From Eledone cirrhosa (Eukaryota): 64,000 bases of DNA. The position numbers were made by a program, and so were the translations under genes. Positions 11,001 to 21,610 of this stretch are shown here, in pieces. Position 1 is the first letter of the stretch. Every line of letters begins with the position of its first letter. The DNA is taken from positions 55,428,001-55,492,000 of the forward strand of contig OZ024740.1 in the NCBI GenBank assembly GCA_964016885.1, read 5' to 3'. Below the pieces are notes generated by a model. That model searched no databases and had not been told where the DNA came from. It saw only the letters and a program-made list of their open reading frames with translations.

Positions 11001-11464
11001 AATCCCACACAGTCCCAGCGTGCATCTAAGATCCCGTTCCAGTCGCCCACTAACACTAAAGAGCGCGACGTTCCAAGAAAGGTCTCCAGACGCCGGAAGA
11101 AATCAGGCCGCCCTGCTCCTGTCGGGGCATAGACGGCCACTAGCCTGAAAGCTTGCCCGTCTCCGCTGGTCACGTCCAGCACCACCAGCTTACCCTCTGG
11201 GTCCAGGAAGATGGCCCGTATGGCGAGATCCAAACCTCTCCGAAAAAGTACAGCAACTCCTCCACCGGATCCAGGACGGCTGGGAGATGCGTACACATCG
11301 TAGCCGCCGAAGATCGGTGCGAAGGCCCGTGCTTCGGAGATTCTGGTCTCGCTGATGGCCACTACATCTATGTTTAGTGACCTGAGGTCGTTGAGCAGGT
11401 GACCCTGCTTCCATGACGACCCCAAGCCACGCGCATTTATGCTGCCTATTCTGAGTGAGGTCAT
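8045..11464 (-). CDS. ORF2 (APE-RT-CCHC), unit B; carries PGLDG>PGLDV and DQSK>DHSK substitutions
   Basis: 1139 aa open frame with the same motifs as unit A. Confidence 0.95.
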   Translation of the reverse strand: MTSLRIGSINARGLGSSWKQGHLLNDLRSLNIDVVAISETRISEARAFAPIFGGYDVYASPSRPGSGGGVAVLFRRGLDLAIRAIFLDPEGKLVVLDVTSGDGQAFRLVAVYAPTGAGRPDFFRRLETFLGTSRSLVLVGDWNGILDARWDCVGLADRGGGCKSLTNLLRRFELSDRYRLDFPNVPMWTWTNRIGSSRSYLDRVFCREIDRSSIGCPQFKIVSYTDHKFVICVLDLDRLHRRGPGYWKLNASLPARKAYRDRISELVKRALTGAIVNNKWWFALKRAIRIESIRFSKTLAIEKNRAEGELVRKLDEALSKGIATDVLAAKLALDQFFNAKHEGCVVRARVRALRHEGTKAVQWARVAEARRGTKATIRSLVDHDGRMLLDPGQMCEAFQRHFAQLFGGSGGPGRGMDFSVYLDGLPRLSATEAKCCEKPITAAEVREAMTGCTRGKSPGLDVLPYELYVQMPDLFGGLLADVYCNWQQNGRIPSSVSRGAVALLRKDPNKGDNIENFRPITLLNTEFKILAKVLAKRLALVVDGLVGEAQTCAIPDRSIHDNLHLMRYIVERVAREPGTGGSLINLDHSKAFDRVDHRYLAAVLRAAGFGPVFRGWIAAMHSDICSVVRVNGHLSEPFNIMRSVRQGCPLSSLLYVLTLEPLLHKLETLRGVPRELGCGRSVSAYADDVTVVVSNAKHIEAIGTTLREYEAVTGAMINQEKSVGLQLGTWRGRSMPSNSVVGRWTDGPVKLLGVWFGPDLQTDKNWDEVTSRVASLTQKWAERKLSLKGRAEVANAYIASVICYRLTVVPCPKPRLTVLERLLFRFLWKGRAPMVRRSICCQHPLRGGLGMPWLMMRRHALRLRHLHLFLDGDQVWSPFARRVFPQLVSLTELQSWVKRRPRGSAWRLECLQALTALDQSGNVIGGNSTSAFYRGLVEGKSDDVLGETLGVDENQLANLFGRTFGPGPMDNFQKSLAWQCYRGALPVRDKLYRHGGAVSRACPRCAQGDETVLHALVQCPKIADLWVYVEHLLSRLGRIQLSSESIVRIAPPSSFSREGQAVFICLVAMAKEIVWWTRLKGLKTSTYLFGDALIDFFKFHLKRKIRVEKEVLSSQHFVERWVREARMARVNGPTLSIYL

Positions 11465-11499
11465 GTTTAAAATAGAGTGGAAAAGATGGGAAAGACCAC

Positions 11500-13596
11500 T
11501 TACCGTACTTTTGGTAGAGGAGGGATGGTTTTTACATCCCTTTTCACTTGATCGTCTGGTGAAGGGACCGTTGAATCGTCCCTTCGGCTGGTCGTCGGCT
11601 CTTCTAAGAGAATGTCTGAGTATACTCTTCGATTGATGGTTCCTCCTAGGTCCCTGAAATCACCAACTGCGTTGGGGAATTTCGTTTTAATGTTTGTGTA
11701 TTGTTTCTGTGCTATTTTTAGCAGTCTTATGTTAGTTGGCGTTTTGATTGGTGCTGGTATTATGTAGTCCTGTTGTGAAATGTCTGTGTGTTCAATTATG
11801 TAAGTCATTAGTTTCTTGTTGTGTGTATTTATTGCCGTGCATTTGTTTTTCTGGGGGTGGGGTGTGGTTCTGCTATTTTCTTGTCGTTGTTGCTGGGTGT
11901 GTGTGTTTTGTTGTTGTGTTTGCGATGTTGGTGCGTGTGGTGGTGGTGTTGAAGGTGTTGTTGGCGGTGGGGTTGTCGCCGGTGGTGATGGTGGTGCTAG
12001 TGTGGGTGGTGATGGTGTTGGTGTTGTTGCTGCTGTGGGTCTCTTTGCAGTAGACTTTACCCTTTTCTCATTTCTTTCCTCCCTTTTCAAAGGCGACGAT
12101 GCGCTGCTTCTGCGTTTGTGCCTTCTTGCGACCTTTTGCCATCCCTCTCCCACCTCACACTCCATGTCTGATTCTGTGAGGTCGGGGAGGGGTACCAGCT
12201 CCACTCTTTCACTTGTTGTTGTTGGTGATGTTTGCACTGGAGTCTCTGTTGCAGCTGCATTTGGTATTGCTGTTGTTGTTGTTAATATTTCCACTGCTGC
12301 TGCTGTTTTTGATTTCCGTGGCGTGGGTATGGGTGCCACGGACCTATCGTTCCTGGTTGCCGCTTGTCCTGTTGCTGGTAGCCGTGGAGCCGGATTCGGA
12401 AGGAGGGGGGTTTTCTCCTTTCTCAGGGTCTTCTCGTTGCAGAAGGCCCTGAGGTGAGTCTTCGATCCACAGCGAAAGCATTTCGGGCGTTTGCCCTCAA
12501 CACTTATGGGCAGTTGAGTGCCGTTATCGAAGTCTATCACATCCGGGATAGCTTCGATGCACTCCTGGTTGGTTTGGATTAGCATCTCAATGGAGGAGCC
12601 GACCCAATCTTCTCTTACTTTTTTCTGTACTTGCAGTACAGTTGTTTTGTCCTCGATTCCGATTAGGACAGACGCGGCCAGCCAAGAAGGGGTCATTCCG
12701 GGGGGGACGTGGGTCAGTTTGACCCTCACAATTTTTTGCCCGCAGTAGGAGGGCACCAACACCATTTCCTCGCTCCTTAGGGTCACTACTGATTGGGCCT
12801 TTGCCTCCTGGGGTGTGGCAAAAAGTACGTCTACGGTGGCATATTTTTTGCCTCGGGTGATGTGCGTTTTCCGCTGCCACACAGACCCCAAGGCTTTTTG
12901 TATTTGGGCCTCTGTGGCTCTTTCCACCCTACGGGATTTTGTACTTACTGTACGGTACGTGACCGTACAGTGCTCTTGGGTTTTGAAAAATGTTTCCGCT
13001 GCCTTGCAGATTGCTCGGTGTCCGTTCTTTGTCACCATCTTCTTCGCTTCCTCTAATTCCTCATTTGTTATGAGGATTGTTTCCAAGTTTTTCGCAATAC
13101 CTGCAAATGAGATTGGTTTTTCTCTGCTGTTGTTGTTGTCGTCAGAGCTGCTGGTACTTTTGTTGTTGCTGCAGGTACTACGACTACTGCCTCCGCCGCT
13201 GTTGCTGTGGTTGTTGTTGGTGTTGCTGCTGCTAATGCTGTTGTTGTTTATGCTGCTGGTGATGCTGTTGCGGCTGCTACTGTTGTTTTCATTGTCACTG
13301 TTGCAGTTGTTATTACGGCTGCTACTGCTATTATTCCTGACGTCAGACGAATGAACTGGGTTTTCGTATTTCCCGCACACCTGTTTCGTCGCTGTCGTCG
13401 TCGTCGTGGAGAAACCTTGCACGCTTTGCACGAGACTTTTCTTTTCTTTCGTCACTTGCGAAAGAGAAGGGAGGGAGAGAGACACATTTAAAGAAGGGAG
13501 GGAGAGAGACAATCTTCTCTCTGCTTTAGTGATGATTGAGGAAGAAGAAGACGGAATGAGTGGGAGTGACGTATGAAATTTCTTTTTCGTAGCCAT
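11500..13596 (-). CDS. ORF1, unit B
   Basis: MATKK start homologous to unit A; the ORF track's longer call (to 13629) uses an upstream non-ATG start. Confidence 0.88.
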   Translation of the reverse strand: MATKKKFHTSLPLIPSSSSSIITKAERRLSLSLPSLNVSLSLPSLSQVTKEKKSLVQSVQGFSTTTTTATKQVCGKYENPVHSSDVRNNSSSSRNNNCNSDNENNSSSRNSITSSINNNSISSSNTNNNHSNSGGGSSRSTCSNNKSTSSSDDNNNSREKPISFAGIAKNLETILITNEELEEAKKMVTKNGHRAICKAAETFFKTQEHCTVTYRTVSTKSRRVERATEAQIQKALGSVWQRKTHITRGKKYATVDVLFATPQEAKAQSVVTLRSEEMVLVPSYCGQKIVRVKLTHVPPGMTPSWLAASVLIGIEDKTTVLQVQKKVREDWVGSSIEMLIQTNQECIEAIPDVIDFDNGTQLPISVEGKRPKCFRCGSKTHLRAFCNEKTLRKEKTPLLPNPAPRLPATGQAATRNDRSVAPIPTPRKSKTAAAVEILTTTTAIPNAAATETPVQTSPTTTSERVELVPLPDLTESDMECEVGEGWQKVARRHKRRSSASSPLKREERNEKRVKSTAKRPTAATTPTPSPPTLAPPSPPATTPPPTTPSTPPPHAPTSQTQQQNTHTQQQRQENSRTTPHPQKNKCTAINTHNKKLMTYIIEHTDISQQDYIIPAPIKTPTNIRLLKIAQKQYTNIKTKFPNAVGDFRDLGGTINRRVYSDILLEEPTTSRRDDSTVPSPDDQVKRDVKTIPPLPKVR

Positions 13597-13833
13597 GTTG
13601 TTTTGTTTAAAATGAAATGTTGGGTACAAAACCCCAATAACTGGTTATTTAACCCCGAAGGGCCAAATAACGGACAGAAAGACCCCTCTCACGAGGAGGA
13701 GGGTGTCTTTATCAACAATTTGGTTCAAGTTTTAAACAATTTACAATTGTTTTAACGGTTAAAAATTACTATACCTTACAGAGTCGAGCCTCCGTCAACC
13801 ATGGCATTCAATAATAATAATAATAATAATAAT

Positions 13834-14504
13834 GATCTGAAATCGGAGACTGAAGGACTGATTATATCGGCACAAGATCAGTGTCTGCCAACAAAAAATT
13901 ACCAACCAACATAATAAAAAATGGGTGCAGCCCATTATGCCGTGTATGCAAAAAACAATCAGAGACCATTGACCATATAATTTCAATGTGCAGTCCTATA
14001 GCTCCAACCGAATACCTAAACAGGCATGACAGAGCTGCACAATACATACATTGGATAATGTGTAAGCATTTTGACCTGCCCCATCAAAAGAATTGGTGGG
14101 AGCATCAACCACCTCCCATACTTGAAAAAGATCACATCTCAATCTTGTGGAACTTTAGCATCCAAACAGACCGAAAAATAGATGCAAATAGACCTGATAT
14201 AATATTGAAAGACTTTCAAAAGAGGGTATGCCTGCTAATTGATATGTCTGTTCCAATAGACAAGAATGTATCTATAAAAACATTAAAAAAATTGAGCAAG
14301 TATAAGGACCTGGAGATAGAAATTGGAAAAATGTGGAAATTGAGAACTAAAACAATACCAGTGGTTGTAGGCGCTCTGGGAATGATACCTAAGGGGTCTA
14401 ATGATTACGTATCGCAAATCCCAGGAAACCCGCGTATAGGAGAAATACAAAAGATAGTACTAATGGGAACTGCCCATATACTAAGGAAGATTCTGTCAAT
14501 ATAA
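13834..14504 (+). pseudogene. C-terminal CCHC + PD-(D/E)xK REL endonuclease fragment of R4/Dong ORF
   Basis: ORF 13881-14504 plus an upstream frameshifted segment; no RT domain. Confidence 0.85.
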
Positions 14505-14647
14505 GTACATCACAAGTCTAAACACTAAAGATGCATGTGTGAATATGTATGTTCTTTCTTGAACATGGCGGACCTTGTTGTCTCTTGAGGTCACTGGTTG
14601 TGACTTGGTGATAAGTTGTATGAACATAGAGCAAGATAAATGCAACT

Positions 14648-14648
<1 letters not shown>
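13834..14648 (+). mobile_element. 5'-truncated R4/Dong-clade (REL endonuclease) non-LTR element, copy 1, followed by a (TAA)n tail at 14649-14700
   Basis: DLKSETEGLIISAQDQ then, after a frameshift, CRVC..ETIDHIISMC, RHD, RPDI..LIDMSVP..K..KY, IPVVVGALG; 3'UTR ends in TAA repeats; preceded by (AAT)8. Confidence 0.9.
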
Positions 14649-14702
<54 letters not shown>

Positions 14703-14962
14703 TTTCTTTATTAACCACAAGGGTTTACATAAAGTAGACATTAAGGACAGTGCAGGACAATGCAGGACGGTACAAATGGGCATTTCTGCGTGTAAAAAAA
14801 CAAAAACAGAGGATGTAACAAAAATAACAATGAAAATAACAATGAAAAATTCCCCAATAGGGGGGAGACTTCGGAGGGACATTTGTGGAGAAAGCCCAGT
14901 AAAAAGCCACAATGACCCTGACCACCAAGGCAAGTGCCCTCTCCCAGTTTTCCACCTTTAGT

Positions 14963-17900
14963 TTACAGATATATACTCAGAGTCGGCCCATTCACTCGGG
15001 CCATTCTTGCTTCTCTCACCCATCTTTCAACAAAATGCTGGGAAGAGAGCACTTCCTTCTCTACTCTGATTTTCCTTTTCAAATGAAATTTGAAAAAGTC
15101 AATCAGAGCATCACCGAAGAGGTAAGTGCTCGTCTTCAGCCCTTTCAAACGTGTCCACCATACTATCTCTTTCGCCATGGCCACCAGACAGATAAAAACT
15201 GCCTGCCCTTCCCGGCTAAAGGAGGAGGGCGGGGCAATCCTCACGATAGACTCAGATGATAGCTGGATCCGTCCTAAACGCGACAGCAGGTGTTCGACAT
15301 AAACCCACAAGTCAGCAATTTTCGGACACTGGACGAGTGCGTGCAGGACGGTTTCGTCGCCCTGCGCGCATCTCGGACATGCCCGGCTGACGGCACCTCC
15401 ATGCCTGTAGAGTTTATCCCGAACTGGCAAGGCTCCTCGGTAGCACTGCCAGGCCAGAGATTTCTGGAAGTTGTCCATAGGCCCTGGCCCGAAAGTTCTT
15501 CCGAAGAGATTGGCTAGTTGATTTTCGTCGACGCCTAGAGTTTCCCCAAGTACGTCGTCGCTCTTCCCCTCCACTAATCCTCTATAGAACGCCGAGGTGG
15601 AGTTTCCACCGATCACATTGCCCGATTGGTCGAGGGCTGTGAGCGCCTGAAGACATTCCAGTCTCCAGGCGCTCCCTCTCGGTCTTCGCTTGACCCAGGA
15701 CTGCAGCTCCGTCAAGGAAACGAGCTGGGGAAAAACGCGTCTAGCAAACGGCGACCACACCTGATCACCGTCGAGGAAGAGGTGGAGATGTCGTAGCCTG
15801 AGCGCGTGCCTGCGCATCATCAGCCACGGCATGCCCAGCCCTCCACGTAGCGGGTGTTGACAACAGATGGACCGCCTGACCATCGGAGCACGTCCCTTCC
15901 ACAAAAAGCGAAAGAGCAAACGCTCCAGCGCAGTCAGGCGAGGCTTAGGACAAGTTACGACGGTTAGGCGGTAGCAGATGACAGACGCGATGTACGCGTT
16001 AGCCACCTCCGCTCGACCTTTCAGGGATAGCTTCCTCTCCGCCCATTTCTGGGTGAGAGAAGCCACCCTGCTCGTCACCTCGTCCCAGTTTTTGTCCGTC
16101 TGGAGGTCCGGACCGAACCAGACCCCTAGCAATTTAACCGGTCCGTCCGTCCAGCGTCCGACGACGCTGTTGGACGGCATGGACCTGCCTCTCCAGGTGC
16201 CGAGTTGCAGGCCCACTGACTTTTCCTGGTTGATCATTGCTCCTGTCACCGCTTCGTATTCTCTTAGTGTAGTGCCGATCGCCTCGATGTGTTTGGCGTT
16301 CGACACCACTACGGTGACATCGTCCGCATATGCTGACACGGATCTTCCGCATCCTAGTTCGCGCGGGACTCCCCTCAACGTCTCCAGTTTGTGCAGTAAT
16401 GGCTCGAGAGTCAATACGTACAAGAGGGACGAGAGGGGACATCCTTGGCGGACCGAGCGCATGAGGTTGAGCGGTTCCGACAGGTGACCGTTCACTCTCA
16501 CCACAGAGCAGATGTCGCTGTGCATGGCAGCGATCCAGCCTCTGAAGACGGGCCCAAAGCCAGCCGCCCTCAGGACTGCCGCTAGGTAACGATGGTCGAC
16601 CCTATCGAAAGCTTTCGACTGATCTAAATTGATCAAGGACCCACCCGTGCCAGGTTCCCTAGCTACCCTCTCTACGATGTATCGCATGAGGTGGAGGTTG
16701 TCGTGGATGGATCTGTCTGGAATGGCGCATGTCTGCGCCTCTCCCACCAGACCACCAACGACAAGCGCCAACCTCTTTGCTAGCACCTTGGCCAAAATCT
16801 TAAACTCTGTGTTTAGCAGAGTTATGGGCCGGAAATTGTCTATGTTATCCCCCTTGTTCGGATCCTTTCTCAGCAGTGCCACCGCTCCTCGGCTCACAGA
16901 ATTGGGAATTCTCCCGTTCTGTTGCCAGTTGCAGTAGACGTCCGCCAAGAGGCCTCCGAACAAGTCTGGCATCTGTACGTAAAGTTCATAGGGCAGACCA
17001 TCCAAACCAGGCGATTTACCCCTTGTGCAGCCAGTCATTGCCTCCCTTACTTCAGCGGCTGTTATCGGCTTTTCGCAACACTTCGCCTCAGTGGCCGAGA
17101 GCCGCGGCAGTCCGTCGAGGTAGACACTAAAGTCCATCCCTCTACCCGGCCCACCGCTGCCCCCGAACAGCTGAGCGAAGTGTCGCTGAAAAGCTTCACA
17201 CATTTGCCCGGGATCGAGTAGCATGCGCCCGTCGTGGTCCACCAAAGACCGGATCGTGGCTTTGTTGCCACGACGCGCCTCCGCCACTCGGGCCCATTGA
17301 ACGGCTTTCGTCCCCTCGTGTCTGAGAGCACGCACCCTAGCTCTGACAACGCAGCCTTCGTGCTTTGCATTGAAGAATTGGTCAAGGGCCAATTTCGCCG
17401 CAAGCACGTCGGTCGCAATGCCTTTGCTAAGCGCCTCGTCTAATTTTCTAACTAGTTCTCCCTCTGCTCTATTTTTCTCTATTGCTAAAGCCTTACTAAA
17501 CCTAATCGATTCTATTCTAATCGCTCTTTTCAGAGCAAACCACCACTTGTTGTTGACGATGGCCCCCGTCAACGCCCGCTTAACTAGTTCGCTAATCCGG
17601 TCTCTGTAGGCCTTGCGCGCTGGTAAGGACGCGTTTAGCTTCCAGTAGCCGGGTCCTCGTCTATGAAGCCTATCTAAGTCAAGCACACAGATCACGAATT
17701 TGTGGTCCGTGTAGCTGACTATCTTGAATTGTGGACAGCCTATGCTAGACCTATCTATTTCCCTACAAAATACTCTATCTAGATATGATCTGGATGACCC
17801 TATGCGGTTTGTCCAAGTCCACATTGGCACATTCGGGAAATCCAATCGGTACCTGTCAGACAGTTCAAAACGCCTGAGCAGGTTGGTGAGGCTCTTGCAC

Positions 17901-18382
17901 CCTCCACCCCTATCCGCTAATCCCACACAGTCCCAGCGTGCATCTAAGATCCCGTTCCAGTCGCCCACTAACACTAAAGAGCGGGACGTTCCAAGAAAGG
18001 TCTCCAGACGCCGGAAGAAATCAGGCCGCCCTGCTGCTGTCGGGGCATAGACGGCCACTAGCCTGAAAGCTTGCCCGTCTCCGCTGGTCACGTCCAGCAC
18101 CACCAGCTTACCCTCTGGGTCCAGGAAGATGGCCCGTATGGCGAGATCCAAACCTCTCCGAAAAAGCACAGCCACTCCTCCACCCGATCCAGGACGGCTG
18201 GGAGATGCGTACACATCGTAGCCGCCGAAGATCGGTGCGAAGGCCCGTGCTTCGGAGATTCTGGTCTCGCTGATGGCCACTACATCTATGTTTAGTGACC
18301 TGAGGTCGTTGAGCAGGTGACCCTGCTTCCATGACGACCCCAAGCCACGCGCATTTATGCTGCCTATTCTGAGTGAGGTCAT
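14963..18382 (-). CDS. ORF2 (APE-RT-CCHC), unit C
   Basis: 1139 aa open frame, catalytic motifs intact. Confidence 0.95.
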   Translation of the reverse strand: MTSLRIGSINARGLGSSWKQGHLLNDLRSLNIDVVAISETRISEARAFAPIFGGYDVYASPSRPGSGGGVAVLFRRGLDLAIRAIFLDPEGKLVVLDVTSGDGQAFRLVAVYAPTAAGRPDFFRRLETFLGTSRSLVLVGDWNGILDARWDCVGLADRGGGCKSLTNLLRRFELSDRYRLDFPNVPMWTWTNRIGSSRSYLDRVFCREIDRSSIGCPQFKIVSYTDHKFVICVLDLDRLHRRGPGYWKLNASLPARKAYRDRISELVKRALTGAIVNNKWWFALKRAIRIESIRFSKALAIEKNRAEGELVRKLDEALSKGIATDVLAAKLALDQFFNAKHEGCVVRARVRALRHEGTKAVQWARVAEARRGNKATIRSLVDHDGRMLLDPGQMCEAFQRHFAQLFGGSGGPGRGMDFSVYLDGLPRLSATEAKCCEKPITAAEVREAMTGCTRGKSPGLDGLPYELYVQMPDLFGGLLADVYCNWQQNGRIPNSVSRGAVALLRKDPNKGDNIDNFRPITLLNTEFKILAKVLAKRLALVVGGLVGEAQTCAIPDRSIHDNLHLMRYIVERVAREPGTGGSLINLDQSKAFDRVDHRYLAAVLRAAGFGPVFRGWIAAMHSDICSVVRVNGHLSEPLNLMRSVRQGCPLSSLLYVLTLEPLLHKLETLRGVPRELGCGRSVSAYADDVTVVVSNAKHIEAIGTTLREYEAVTGAMINQEKSVGLQLGTWRGRSMPSNSVVGRWTDGPVKLLGVWFGPDLQTDKNWDEVTSRVASLTQKWAERKLSLKGRAEVANAYIASVICYRLTVVTCPKPRLTALERLLFRFLWKGRAPMVRRSICCQHPLRGGLGMPWLMMRRHALRLRHLHLFLDGDQVWSPFARRVFPQLVSLTELQSWVKRRPRGSAWRLECLQALTALDQSGNVIGGNSTSAFYRGLVEGKSDDVLGETLGVDENQLANLFGRTFGPGPMDNFQKSLAWQCYRGALPVRDKLYRHGGAVSRACPRCAQGDETVLHALVQCPKIADLWVYVEHLLSRLGRIQLSSESIVRIAPPSSFSREGQAVFICLVAMAKEIVWWTRLKGLKTSTYLFGDALIDFFKFHLKRKIRVEKEVLSSQHFVERWVREARMARVNGPTLSIYL

Positions 18383-18417
18383 GTTTAAAATAGAGTGGAA
18401 AAGATGGGAAAGACCAC

Positions 18418-20508
18418 TTACCGTACTTTTGGTAGAGGAGGGATGGTTTTTACATCCCTTTTCACTTGATCGTCTGGTGAAGGGACCGTTGAATCGTCCC
18501 TTCGGCTGGTCGTCGGCTCTTCTAAGAGAATGTCTGAGTATACTCTTCGATTGATGGTTCCTCCTAGGTCCCTGAAATCACCAACTGCGTTGGGGAATTT
18601 CGTTTTAATGTTTGTGTATTGTTTCTGTGCTATTTTTAGCAGTCTTATGTTAGTTGGCGTTTTGATTGGTGCTGGTATTATGTAGTCCTGTTGTGAAATG
18701 TCTGTGTGTTCAATTATGTAAGTCATTAGTTTCTTGTTGTGTGTGTTTATTGCCGTGCATTTGTTTTTCTGGGGGTGGGGTGTGGTTCTGCTATTTTCTT
18801 GTCGTTGTTGCTGGGTGTGTGTGTTTTGTTGTTGTGTTTGCGATGTTGGTGCCTGTGGTGGTGGTGTTGAAGGTGTTGTTGGCGGTGGGGTTGTCGCCGG
18901 TGGTGATGGTGGTGCTGGTGTGGGTGGTGATGGTGTTGGTGGTGTTGCTGCTGTGGGTCTCTTTGCAGTAGACTTTACCCTTTTCTCATTTCTTTCCTCC
19001 CTTTTCAAAGGCGACGATGCGCTGCTTCTGCGTTTGTGCCTTCTTGCGACCTTTTGCCATCCCTCTCCCACCTCACACTCCATGTCTGATTCTGTAAGGT
19101 CGGGGAGGGGTACCAGCTCCACTCTTTCACTTGTTGTTGTTGGTGATGTTTGCACTGGAGTCTCTGTTGCAGCTGCATTTGGTATTGCTGTTGTTGTTGT
19201 TAATATTTCCACTGCTGCTGCTGTCTTTGATTTCCGTGGAGTGGGTATGGGTGCCACGGACCTATCGTTCCTGGTTGCCGCTTGTTCTGTTGCTGGTAGC
19301 CGTGGAGCCGGATTCGGAAGGAGGGGGGTTTTCTCCTTTCTCAGGGTCTTCTCGTTGCAGAAGGCCCTGAGGTGAGTCTTCGATCCACAGCGAAAGCATT
19401 TCGGGCGTTTGCCCTCAACACTTATGGGCAGTTGAGTGCCGTTATCGAAGTCTATCACATCCGGGATAGCTTCGATGCACTCCTGGTTGGTTTGGATTAG
19501 CATCTCAATGGAGGAGCCGACCCAATCTTCTCTTACTTTTTTCTGTACTTGCAGTACAGTTGTTTTGTCCTCGATTCCGACGAGGACAGACGCGGCCAGC
19601 CAAGAAGGGGTCATTCCGGGGGGGACGTGGGTCAGTTTGACCCTCACAATTTTTTGCCCGCAGTAGGAGGGCACCAACACCATTTCCTCGCTCCTTAGGG
19701 TCACTACTGATTGGGCCTTTGCCTCCTGGGGTGTGGCAAAAAGTACGTCTACGGTGGCGTATTTTTTGCCTCGGGTGATGTGCGTTTTCCTCTGCCACAC
19801 AGACCCCAAGGCTTTTTGTATTTGGGCCTCTGTGGCTCTTTCCACCCTACGGGATTTTGTACTTAATGTACGGTACGTGACCGTACAGTGCTCTTGGGTT
19901 TCGAAAAAATTTTTCGCTGCCTTGCAGATTGCTCGGTGTCCGTTCTTTGTCACCATCTTCTTCGCTTTCTCTAATTCCTCATTTGTTATGAGGATTGTTT
20001 CCAAGTTTTTCGCAATACCTGCAAATGAGATTGGTTTTTCTCTGCTGTTGTTGTTGTCGTCAGAGCTGCTGGTACTTTTGTTGCTGCAGGTACTACGACT
20101 ACTGCCTCCGCCGCTGTTGCTGTGGTTGTTGTTGGTGTTGCTGCTGCTAATGCTGTTGTTGTTTATGCTGCTGGTGATGCTGTTGCGGCTGCTACTGTTG
20201 TTTTCATTGTCACTGTTGCTGTTGTTATTACGGCTGCTACTGCTATTATTCCTGACGTCAGACGAATGAACTGGGTTTTCGTATTTCCCGCACACCTGTT
20301 TCGTCGCTGTCGTCGTCGTGGAGAAACCTTGCACGCTTTGCACGAGACTTTTCTTTTCTTTCGTCACTTGCGAAAGAGAAGGGAGGGAGAGAGACACATT
20401 TAAAGAAGGGAGGGAGAGAGACAATCTTCTCTCTGCTGTAGTGATGATTGAGGAAGAAGAAGACGGAATGAGTGGGAGTGACGTATGAAATTTCTTTTTC
20501 GTAGCCAT
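18418..20508 (-). CDS. ORF1, unit C
   Basis: 696 aa; two in-frame triplet deletions relative to unit A. Confidence 0.9.
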   Translation of the reverse strand: MATKKKFHTSLPLIPSSSSSIITTAERRLSLSLPSLNVSLSLPSLSQVTKEKKSLVQSVQGFSTTTTATKQVCGKYENPVHSSDVRNNSSSSRNNNSNSDNENNSSSRNSITSSINNNSISSSNTNNNHSNSGGGSSRSTCSNKSTSSSDDNNNSREKPISFAGIAKNLETILITNEELEKAKKMVTKNGHRAICKAAKNFFETQEHCTVTYRTLSTKSRRVERATEAQIQKALGSVWQRKTHITRGKKYATVDVLFATPQEAKAQSVVTLRSEEMVLVPSYCGQKIVRVKLTHVPPGMTPSWLAASVLVGIEDKTTVLQVQKKVREDWVGSSIEMLIQTNQECIEAIPDVIDFDNGTQLPISVEGKRPKCFRCGSKTHLRAFCNEKTLRKEKTPLLPNPAPRLPATEQAATRNDRSVAPIPTPRKSKTAAAVEILTTTTAIPNAAATETPVQTSPTTTSERVELVPLPDLTESDMECEVGEGWQKVARRHKRRSSASSPLKREERNEKRVKSTAKRPTAATPPTPSPPTPAPPSPPATTPPPTTPSTPPPQAPTSQTQQQNTHTQQQRQENSRTTPHPQKNKCTAINTHNKKLMTYIIEHTDISQQDYIIPAPIKTPTNIRLLKIAQKQYTNIKTKFPNAVGDFRDLGGTINRRVYSDILLEEPTTSRRDDSTVPSPDDQVKRDVKTIPPLPKVR

Positions 20509-20747
20509 GTTGTTTTTTGTTTAAAATGAAATTTTGGGTACAAAACCCCAATAACTGGTTATTTAACCCCGAAGGGCCAAATAACAGACAGAAAGACCCC
20601 TCTCACGAGGAGGAGGGTGTCTTTATCAACAATTTGGTTCAAGTTTTAAACAATTTACAATTGTTTTAACGGTTAAAAATTACTATACCTTACAGAGCCG
20701 AGCCTCCGTCAACCATGGCATTCAATAATAATAATAATAATAATAAT

Positions 20748-21561
20748 GATCTGAAATCGGAGACTGAAGGACTGATTATATCGGCACAAGATCAGTGTCT
20801 GCCAACAAAAAATTACCAACCAACATAATAAAAAATGGGTGCAGCCCATTATGCCGTGTATGCAAAAAACAATCAGAGACCATTGACCATATAATTTCAA
20901 TGTGCAGTCCTATAGCTCCAACCGAATACCTAAACAGGCATGACAGAGCTGCACAATACATACATTGGATAATGTGTAAGCATTTTGACCTGCCCCATCA
21001 AAAGAATTGGTGGGAGCATCAACCACCTCCCATACTTGAAAAAGATCACATCTCAATCTTGTGGAACTTTAGCATCCAAACAGACCGAAAAATAGATGCA
21101 AATAGACCTGATATAATATTGAAAGACTTTCAAAAGAGGGTATGCCTGCTAATTGATATGTCTGTTCCAATAGACAAGAATGTATCTATAAAAACATTAA
21201 AAAAATTGAGCAAGTATAAGGACCTGGAGATAGAAATTGGAAAAATGTGGAAATTGAGAACTAAAACAATACCAGTGGTTGTAGGCGCTCTGGGAATGAT
21301 ACCTAAGGGGTCTAATGATTACGTATCGCAAATCCCAGGAAACCCGCGTATAGGAGAAATACAAAAGATAGTACTAATGGGAACTGCCCATATACTAAGG
21401 AAGATTCTGTCAATATAAGTACATCACAAGTCTAAACACTAAAGATGCATGTGTGAATATGTATGTTCTTTCTTGAACATGGCGGACCTTGTTGTCTCTT
21501 GAGGTCACTGGTTGTGACTTGGTGATAAGTTGTATGAACATAGAGCAAGATAAATGCAACT

Positions 21562-21562
<1 letters not shown>
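20748..21562 (+). mobile_element. 5'-truncated R4/Dong-clade element, copy 2 (matches copy 1), (TAA)n tail 21563-21608
   Basis: Same 815 bp length, truncation point, frameshift and 207 aa translation as 13834-14648. Confidence 0.9.

Positions 21563-21610
<48 letters not shown>

Larger units (their letters stand above)
7783..13809 (-). mobile_element. Full-length Tx1/L1-clade retrotransposon, unit B
   Basis: Colinear near-identical copy with the same termini. Confidence 0.95.
14701..20723 (-). mobile_element. Full-length Tx1/L1-clade retrotransposon, unit C
   Basis: Colinear near-identical copy. Confidence 0.95.

Noticed and set aside
13881-14504. 207 aa ORF as a stand-alone nuclease gene
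   Set aside because: No true ATG start; homology continues upstream across a frameshift; it is a truncated Dong 3' end
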